A stretch of 64,000 nt of DNA from Macrostomum lignano (taxonomy: Eukaryota): NCBI GenBank assembly GCA_002269645.1, contig NIVC01000067.1:372001-436000 (forward strand), given 5' to 3'. This document shows, one piece after another, positions 56,701 through 64,000 of the stretch. The position numbers and the translations under genes were made by a program. Positions within the stretch are counted from its first letter, which is position 1. Each line of letters starts with the position of its first letter. The notes under the pieces were generated by a model, which was given only the letters and a program-made list of their open reading frames with translations, had not been told where the DNA came from and did not search any database.

Positions 56701-59600
56701 GTGTCGGCTTTTTCTGCCGGGTCCTGCACAATCGGACTGATGACCTCATCCGAAGCTGCTGCAGTATCACCTGGTGGTAAGCAAATCATAAGTTTTGGTC
56801 ATGTACCCTACCCGAAACCCATTTCTGGATAGTTTTTTGAATTTTCAAGATCCAAACCAAAATAGAAGACTTAATTTTATGGAAAATATCTGGGCACATA
56901 ATGTTATGAGTAGATAAAATGGCATTGATTAGATAGAACATGTAACAAGTTTGTTTTGTAAAAATTGTAAATTTAATGTAAAATACATGGCATTGTATTT
57001 GAATAGACTTACTATCACTTGTCCTAGCCCCCTCTCAATCTTAGTGAAGTGCATAGTGCTTGGCTGACTCCAAGCATCTGCCAAGTGGTGCAACACTTGG
57101 AATCGCAGGCAATCCTGTGCTGCCATCCCTTGCTACCCCCAGCTAGATAGAACCTTCTTTATGCTCAACCAAAGGGATCTTAGAGTAGTCAGCATGGCTG
57201 ACTTCATTTGCTATTACTTCCTCTAAGGCCAGGTACCTAAGGAGTAATGCTTTTTTGTAATTCAGACAGTACAATGCTAAGCAACTTATTTGCAACTGCC
57301 CAATTCTCACCAGGACCAGGCTCACTCACTTTGGGCCAAACCTGGTTTTCTCCAATATTTGCAGGCCTAAAAGCATACTATTGCTTGCCTGGTACCTCAG
57401 GGACATGGGATGATTTGAGTTCTTCCCTATCATTAGTGAGGAGGACCATACTAGAGGCAAGACCAGTGGGTCCCTTGAGCAACATCACTTTAATGGGAGT
57501 CCTTGGTTGCCAGGGCCTAGCAGAATGGGCGATCTCCCTTGCAAAGAATCTGTTCAAATTACAGTTTAATTAACAAATAATGTCATCACATTTACATAAT
57601 CATGTCTGGTGATGATAGACTGTTTGAGAGTCTAGCTGAGAATGACCAGAAGTTAAAGTTTCCCATTATTGATGCTGGTCAGCAACATCAAAGAAATTCG
57701 GAATAATGTGTCCACAGTCACCTGGTGTTATCTGTTGAAGGAGCTAATGGTGTTGGGGCAATGATTGAATGCTTGAGAAACTAGTTGAGGATGTGTAGCA
57801 GTTCAGGTTTGCCCATTATTGAAGCTTGATAAGAAAAACCTGACATAGTTACAAAAGGATGTCCATAGTCACCTGATGCTACCTGTTGAAGGTGCCGATA
57901 GTGTCAGGGTGATGAAAGAATGCCTAGGAGACTAGTTGAGGGTGTCTGACAATTAAGGCTTGAACACTGTTGAGGCTTAATGGGCAAAACTAGAGAAATT
58001 TATATCAGAGTGTTTATAGTCATTGCCTAGTATCATCTGCTGAAGGTGCCGATGGCATTGGGGTTATGACAGAATGTTCAAGAAACTAGCTGAGAATGTC
58101 TAGCCAGTTGAGGCTTGCCCATTATTGAAGCTTGATAAGAAAAATCTGACATATTTGCAACAGGATGTTCATAGTCACTTGGTGTCATCTGTTGAAGGTG
58201 CTGATGGTGTCAGGGTGATGACAGAATGCTTGAGAGACTAGCTGAGGATGTCCAGCAGTTGAGGCTTGCCCACTGTCAAGGCTTGATCAGCAAAACTAGA
58301 GAAATTTGCAACAGCATGTCCATAGTCACCTGGTACCACCTGTTGAAGGTCCAGAAGTTCCACCTGGACAAAAGCTAGTGACCAACAAAGTCAGAGCTGA
58401 TGCAGACACATGTGGTCAATGTGTTGATGAAATTTGGAGACTTGGCAAGGCTGCACTGAGGCGCAATGCTAATTGGCGCACAGGGGTATACTGAATACAC
58501 TGGCGCTTATAAGAAAAATGGGACTTTCTGGCAGAATTGTTGAATATCTCAATGGTCCTTAAGGCTGGTGACTTGATTCTTGTTTGAGAAGGTATGCAAC
58601 AAAAAGTTGGCCCATGTTCTTGAATTTCACATGCCTGTGTTGCTCTGTTCTGGCATAGCAAAAAAATTGTCAAGGGGGAAATCCCCCTTCTTGGTAGTTT
58701 GATCGGTGGAAAAATGGCTTGGTATTCTTACTATTAATGAAAATCTTAAACTTCTATTAATGGCAAAAGTGATATTTACTAATAAGCATTAATCTGTTAA
58801 TAGTAACAAAAATATAGGAAATTTACACTTTTTCCAAAACAGGTTTCATGATGCACTGTCTTTGCTTTTCTATCTTTTTAGCCAATAAAGAAAGGTCATC
58901 TAAGCAATTTATGTACTAAAAAGTAGCAAAAAATAAAAAAACTTGTATTTAAAATACTACTAAAAGTGAAAAAACAAGCTAAAAGTATTATTTACTTAAA
59001 ACTTGAAAGTCGTTTAATTAATAAAAAAATAAACATAAAAGTTGTTTCAAAGTACTATTTTTTTATAGGTATTATAGGCATAAGTATATAGATTGTATTA
59101 TAGTAGGCATATTAGAAAGTTTTGTAAGATTAGAAAAGAAGTAAATCAAAGTAATGCTCATGTGCAAGCAATAAAATTTTTTATTTATTATTTAAAGTTC
59201 ATAATTAATTAAGTTAAGATTTTGTTTTATTTGCATTATTATTAATATTAGAGATACTGTATTTATTAAATTTATTATTATTTGTTTCTGTTTATAAAAT
59301 TTTATTATTGCACCAATAATTTAAATTAGTTTTACTTATATATTATTTTCTAAAAAATAGACTTATCAAAGGGTCTGTTATTACTATATTAGTAAAAATA
59401 ATGCCAAATAATATCAAGCTCTAAGATTTCTTACCTTGGCCATGATTAGGCCTATTATTTGAATGTTCCATATTTGAAGCATCATTATTTGAAGAGGCTT
59501 TATTTTCAGGATTTGATTTTACTTCTAAATTAGGCCTCTCAACATCAGTTGAAACAAAGTCAGGGTCATTTACTTGTGTTATAATTGAAGAAATATCCAT
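53774..59600 (-). CDS. CTDSP: CTD small phosphatase (SCP/CTDSP, FCP1-like HAD phosphatase) with an Ala/Asp/Val/Asn-repeat C-terminal tail
   Basis: Exons 59600-59435 ([11 protein letters not shown]-terminus), 56770-56418 (LLCCFC; [18 protein letters not shown]), 55623-55474 ([13 protein letters not shown]...[11 protein letters not shown]), 55315-55130 ([10 protein letters not shown]...RLFRESC...IIDNSPASY) and 54313-53774 ([14 protein letters not shown]...TAG). All phases join, and the DxDx(T) catalytic motif is intact. Confidence 0.93.
54515..54950. repeat. 21-bp intronic minisatellite (AAATCCAGGTCACAAATCATC)
   Basis: Direct reading. Confidence 0.92.
55700..56390. repeat. 28-bp intronic minisatellite (GGCCCAGCAACTGAGGATCTGGGAGGCT)
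   Basis: Direct reading. Confidence 0.93.
57600..58350. repeat. Old, diverged tandem repeat of about 150 bp in SCP intron 1
   Basis: Anchor CA(T/C)AGTCA(C)CTG...TGAAGG recurs near 57714, 57864, 58015, 58170 and 58321. Confidence 0.75.
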
Positions 59601-60354
59601 GATATGATGGTTGATGGCACTAGTTGAAGTTGAAATAAATATATGATTCCAGTTTTTCTTAAAAATTAGTATTAGTAACTAGGCCTGACAAAAAGCAGAA
59701 GCTGTCAAAAAGTAAATTAAATAGCCAATGTCAATCTTTTTATTCACTGTTTTAGTATTTATAGGCTATACAGGCCTATTAAGCCTGGTTGGTAGTTATA
59801 TAAATCTTTAATCTAGCTTGGTTTTTGTAACTACAAAACCAGCTGCCTGAAATAATATTAATATGCAGACATTGTTTGAGCCAAATTAGACACAATAGTA
59901 CTCTGGTCAGTGAGTAGTGCCAAAAATATTCGACCCTTGGCCTTGACCAGTGACCACGATTGTGTTTTTATGTAAAACTTTTGCAAAAACGGTGTTCGCT
60001 TTTTCAACCCATTAACCTAAATACAATGGCTTATGCACAAATTTTACAAAGAAAGAACCGCACAAGGCGTTTTATAACAGTGCTAGTAATCCGTAGATTA
60101 AGGCTCCCGTCGCGTGTGTGCGCGCTTAAATTAATATAATTTAATAGTCAGATTGAATCGAGACGCAATTTATAAGAAACGAGGAACTTAAATATGTCGT
60201 CTAAAATCATTGCTATCTTGTCAATTCACCACAATTTTTATGTTTGCTCTAAGTTAATAAACATTACTTAGAATGTTTGCATACTAATATATCATAATAT
60301 TTTTGTTTTTTTGTTGTACTTTCAGTTCTTCCGTATATATTTAGTCATCATATA

Positions 60355-62800
60355 TTAGGACGCAGAGAGTAGACCCTTGGCCCACTTGGCAGTGCGCGGG
60401 CCTGGCCGCAGCGCAGTTGCTCAGTCGGCCGGTGCAGCAAGAGCGCAGCAGCGATCAGTAGAGCGCATCCAGGGCTCGCTCTCGCGTCTCGGTCAGTGGC
60501 ACAGTCTCCATGCCGTAAAGGAGGATCGGCTCTACGGCCGTGCGGAATAGGAGCACCTTCGGGTCGTCTCTGGCCAGCTGGATTGAGACGTTTCTGAGGA
60601 GGTGCGTGGCGCGCCAGGCCGCTGAGGTAACGGAAGTCCTCGCACGCCGCGATGCCGTCTCCATTGGGCAGCGTGAGAGTTGTGGTGGTATTTGAGATTT
60701 GTGAGCAGCCCAGCAAGGGTGCCCTCGCGCAGGCCTTGTGAGAGCGCGCTGGGCGGCAGTTAAATCGCGGCAGAGCAGCAGCGTCATAATACGTAATTCG
60801 TCATAATACGCGAGAGCGGGCAGCAAAACAGGAACCCAAGGACGCCTGAGCGGTGCTGAACTTTCTGTGGGATCATCGCTCGATATGACAAATTAGGCCC
60901 TGGAGTCAGGCCTGGACACCGAGTCAAACGCCTGCGGGAGTCAACAAAGAGGATTGCCACGGAGGGCTGGCGCGTCTTGCAGGCCTCGATGACAAAGAGG
61001 ATGGTGGCATTTAATCTATAGAATCTATAGAAGACGCTTGCTTTGGAGGCTCAGCAGCAGCGGGCTGAGGCCGGGCAGGAGGCTGTTGCGCAGAATTGCG
61101 TTCAGCAGCTTCGGAGTTGTGCATTCTAGCGCGATGCCCCGCTGGTTGTCCAGATTTCCAGGACGCCTTTCTACGGGATAGAGACAATCTTGGAGGTGCG
61201 CCATTGCCGAGGAGTTGATCAAACGGTCTCGTTGCCTCCAAAGCTGCACTGCTTTTCAGCGGGCTGGTGATTATTGTGGTGATCTCGGGCAGCTTCAGGT
61301 GCGCTGTTCTCGTCTCTGGCAGCACTGGCCTGGTCGCTGTCGTGGCCGTGGAGTGCAGCAGTGCTCTGCATTTCCCGCTTTGCCAGGGAGATGATGAGAT
61401 CGCTGTCCCACAGGGCCTTTGGATGGTTTGCCTGCCTCCGTTGGAGAAGCACTGCAGCATCATCAATGGCGTGATGGAGAGACTCGAAGGACCCGGCAGG
61501 AGCAGGAGTGGCGGCAAGCAGCTTGCGTAGGAAGGCCTGCCGCGTGTCCGGGTTTCTTAAGTCTGCCCAGAGTGGGTGAGGTGGCGCCATGGATGAATGA
61601 ATAGAATGGATTGCTATTCTGGCTCTGGCTATTTTCGTTTTTGACTCTTTTGCATCCGGTTCCCCCCCGTGCCTTTTCATTGGTTGATGATTGCCATAGA
61701 CAATTTTCGGCCTTCGCCCCTTTCTTTCGATGCACAAGCGCTTTCGCTCGTGTTTTGAAATAAAGGGGGAAGACCTACAAGCACGATTCGAGAGTCGATT
61801 CGTCTACAATAAAATCAGTTCTTTGCGCTTGTGCATCGAAAGAAAGGGGCGAAGGCCGAAAATTGTCTATGGCAATCATCAACCAATGAAAAGGCACGGG
61901 GGGGAACCGGATGCAAAAGAGTCAAAAACGAAAATAGCCAGAGCCAGAATAGCAATCCATTCTATTCATTCATCCATGGGTGGCGCAGGCCGGAGCTTTT
62001 GCCAGAACAGATTGAAGTCACTTGCCACCAGGCAGTGATCAGATTGAACGCAGTCGGGGCGGATGTTGAGGAGGACTCTGCGCACCTTGGACCTCAATGC
62101 ACTTGGGCTGCAGAGAATCCAGTCCAGCCAAGTGGTTCGCCCGTTAAGGGGCCAAAGAAAGTTGGAAACTTTCTGAGGCGCTATCGCATGGAGCCATTGA
62201 CAGCCATCAGATATCTATGGCCAGGATAAAACTGGTTGGAGAGATGATCGAGTTGGCATTGGGGATGCCACAGCTGTTCTTCACCAGGCGGTCGTAGGCT
62301 GGCAATAGCGAGATGAAATCACCAACAACAATGACAGAGTCCCGAGCAGGGATGGAATCAAGCATGCACCCCAGAGTGTCGTAAATGGCTTCTGTCTCAG
62401 ATGGATCTTCGCTGGTCCGGGGGGCCTTTGGAGCATATAGACGCAGATGATGGGAATCCGCCTGTCTTCCCCGGCAATAGAGGCGTGTCCCAGGCGCTCG
62501 GATGGGAACTTGATGTCCTGCAGCGCTCTGAATGCGGCAGAGCAGGATGCCTCCAGTTCCCTGAGGAGTGGCTGGGGGTCCAAGTTGGGTGGGAGCACTG
62601 GCCCTAGAGGCTCCGGTAGGCCGCAAGTCCTGGTGGGTTCGACAAGCATTGGCGCGGACCTCCTTGCGCCGCACATTTAAGGGCTGCCGACGGCGCTTGG
62701 AGGCCTTCTGACTCCATCGTGAGCCTCTGTGAGTTGTCTCGATAAAACATTCAATTCGATCCTGTAAGTAAGCCGAATCAATTGTGAGTACGAGCGAGTA
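60355..62800 (-). mobile_element. Decayed RTE-like LINE (endonuclease, linker and RT/C-terminal remnants), frameshifted and internally deleted
   Basis: Remnants in different frames: ERLGHASIAGEDRRIPIICVY/YAP...YDTLGCMLDSIPARDSVIVVGDF (endonuclease); LAYYDE at the YADD position, with a direct 12-bp duplication CGTCATAATACG at 60782 and 60799; EDFRYL; KVLLFRTAVEPILLYGMET...ERALDALY. Interrupted by a MITE. Confidence 0.8.
61588..61978. mobile_element. Non-autonomous MITE, P-superfamily-like
   Basis: Perfect 154-bp TIRs (61588-61741 and 61825-61978) starting CATGG, an 83-bp spacer, and an 8-bp TSD GGTGGCGC at 61580-61587 and 61979-61986. Confidence 0.88.
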
Positions 62801-62855
62801 GCACCATTCAGCTCGTGGTTCTGTGGTGCATAGCAATGGGCATCGAAATGATCGA

Positions 62856-62935
62856 GGAGGGTGTTTAGGAGAGCAACGGCCTGCGCCTCCCCGAGGTGCC
62901 CTCTGGAGGACCGCAAGGTCCACGAAATGCAGGCC
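62856..62935 (+). ncRNA. HDV-like self-cleaving ribozyme (predicted)
   Basis: P1 GGAGGGT (62856-62862)/GCCCTCT (62898-62904); P2 GGCCTGC (62878-62884)/GCAGGCC (62929-62935); P3 GCC/GGT; L3 TCCCCGA; P1.1 CC/GG; P4 GGACC-GCAA-GGTCC; J4/2 A-C(62923)-GAA-AT. Confidence 0.75.
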
Positions 62936-63020
62936 AGCAACGGGCCCCTCCCGAGGCCCAGCACCGCAACGCAGTCTCTTCGCCGCCCAATTGGCATCTG
63001 GCGGCCACCCTGCCGATTAA

Positions 63021-64000
63021 ATGACTAGCCGACGCCTGAACCAGCCCACCGAGCCTCAACGGCGGGCCCCCGGCGGCGCGAGGCGCCCCCCCCCCACCCA
63101 GCGGTCCGTGCGCGCGCGGCCCCCCAGTAGCCTGCACCTCCTGCAACTCAACGCAGAGGGCGTCGCCTCTAAGATGCCCGAATTGTGCAAGCTACTGCTG
63201 GACCTGCGCATCAACGTGGCGTGCCTGCAAGAGACCCACACCACCGAAGGTCGGGATCCGCGCCTGCCGGGGTTCAACACGATCTGGCGCCACCGACAGA
63301 GCGGCCGGCGCTCCGGCGGCCCCACGCGCGGAGGAGGAGACGTTGCAATCCTCATCCGCGAGGGGCTGCGCTTCGAGGTGCTGCAGGAGCGCCCCAGCGC
63401 CCCCGATGATGTCACCACGGAGTGGGCCGGCGTCCGGGTTTTCCCCTCTGAAAAGAGCGTCGAGAGCCTGGACATTCACTGCCTCTACATCCCGCCGATC
63501 AGAACGGCTGAAGGCGACGACCGCGTGCAGCGCTTCAGCCCCCAGCACCTCCCGTCCGGCGTCAACACGGTGATCCTGGGTGACCTGAACGCGCACCATC
63601 CCGCCTGGGACCCCGAATCGGAAGAGTCGGACCTGGGCACGGCCGTCTTCGAGTGGTCCGTGGTGTCCGGCATGCGCGTCCTGAACGACGGCAGCGCCAT
63701 CCACATGCCACGCTGCGCCAACACCCGGCAGACGGCGCCTGACGTCAGCCTGTGCCTCAAGTCGCTCGCCAACCGGGCCGAGTGGCAGGTTCGGGGAGAC
63801 GTCGGCTCGGACCACCTGCCGATCTGCATCACCATCCACCACAGCCGAGGCGCGGCCAAGCGCGCGGGCGCCGCCCGGCGGTCCTGGGCGAAGGCGGACT
63901 GGGCCAGTTTCCGCGCCCGGACCGAGGAAGCCCTGGCTGGCTGGGAGGCCTGCCCGCCCGAGTCAGTCAACGAGGCCAACCAGCAGCTGACCACGGCCAT
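63021..64000 (+). CDS. LINE ORF: apurinic-like endonuclease domain, open to the window end (not in the supplied ORF track)
   Basis: ATG at 63021 directly follows an in-frame TAA. Translation includes LLQLNAEG, VACLQETH, RGGGDVAILIR, LYIPPIR, VILGDLNAHHPAWD, VLNDGS, APDVSL, GSDHLPI and WAKADWASFR, with no stop to 64000. Confidence 0.9.
   Translation, partial: MTSRRLNQPTEPQRRAPGGARRPPPTQRSVRARPPSSLHLLQLNAEGVASKMPELCKLLLDLRINVACLQETHTTEGRDPRLPGFNTIWRHRQSGRRSGGPTRGGGDVAILIREGLRFEVLQERPSAPDDVTTEWAGVRVFPSEKSVESLDIHCLYIPPIRTAEGDDRVQRFSPQHLPSGVNTVILGDLNAHHPAWDPESEESDLGTAVFEWSVVSGMRVLNDGSAIHMPRCANTRQTAPDVSLCLKSLANRAEWQVRGDVGSDHLPICITIHHSRGAAKRAGAARRSWAKADWASFRARTEEALAGWEACPPESVNEANQQLTTA

Larger units (their letters stand above)
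62856..64000 (+). mobile_element. 5' portion of an apparently intact APE-type non-LTR retrotransposon (Ingi/I-group-like), continuing beyond the window
   Basis: A ribozyme-like fold marks the 5' end and is followed by an uninterrupted endonuclease ORF from 63021. The clade call rests on recalled YIPPIR...DDR...LP...GDLNAHH motifs and is tentative. Confidence 0.8.

Noticed and set aside
57060-57580. ORF-like or retroelement-like stretch in SCP intron 1
   Set aside because: All frames are short or interrupted and no motif was recognised.
62936-63140. 2A/StopGo peptide before the LINE endonuclease, as known in some Ingi-type elements
   Set aside because: No D(V/I)ExNPGP motif in any plus frame.

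Overview
Eukaryotic (metazoan) genomic DNA with GC-rich exons, short spliceosomal introns and a different minisatellite in almost every intron. The style resembles a Macrostomum-type flatworm genome; this is inference only. Six host protein-coding genes were reconstructed by hand from splice sites and reading phase: a RasGRP-family Ras GEF (+, 14 exons found, first exon not located), a CEP170-like FHA protein (-), a ChaC gamma-glutamylcyclotransferase (-), an intronless family-B/Methuselah-like 7TM protein (+), a secreted violaxanthin de-epoxidase (VDE)-like Cys-rich/lipocalin protein (-) and a CTD small phosphatase (SCP/CTDSP; -). Mobile DNA comprises a non-autonomous hAT element with an 8-bp TSD, a P-superfamily-like MITE with perfect 154-bp TIRs nested in a decayed RTE-like LINE, tRNA-headed CORE-SINEs, a 5'-truncated LINE with a 14-bp TSD, an unclassified hairpin repeat family, and the 5' end of an apparently intact LINE that begins with an HDV-like ribozyme fold. 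Top leads: (1) an animal-encoded, intron-containing VDE-like protein, a family known from plant and algal photoprotection; (2) the HDV-like ribozyme at 62856-62935; (3) a sharply bounded CpG-depleted domain over the 5' part of the SCP gene; (4) splice acceptors immediately before four start codons, suggesting SL trans-splicing. All homology calls come from recalled motifs; no database search was run. Most long ORFs in the supplied track are tandem-repeat artefacts.
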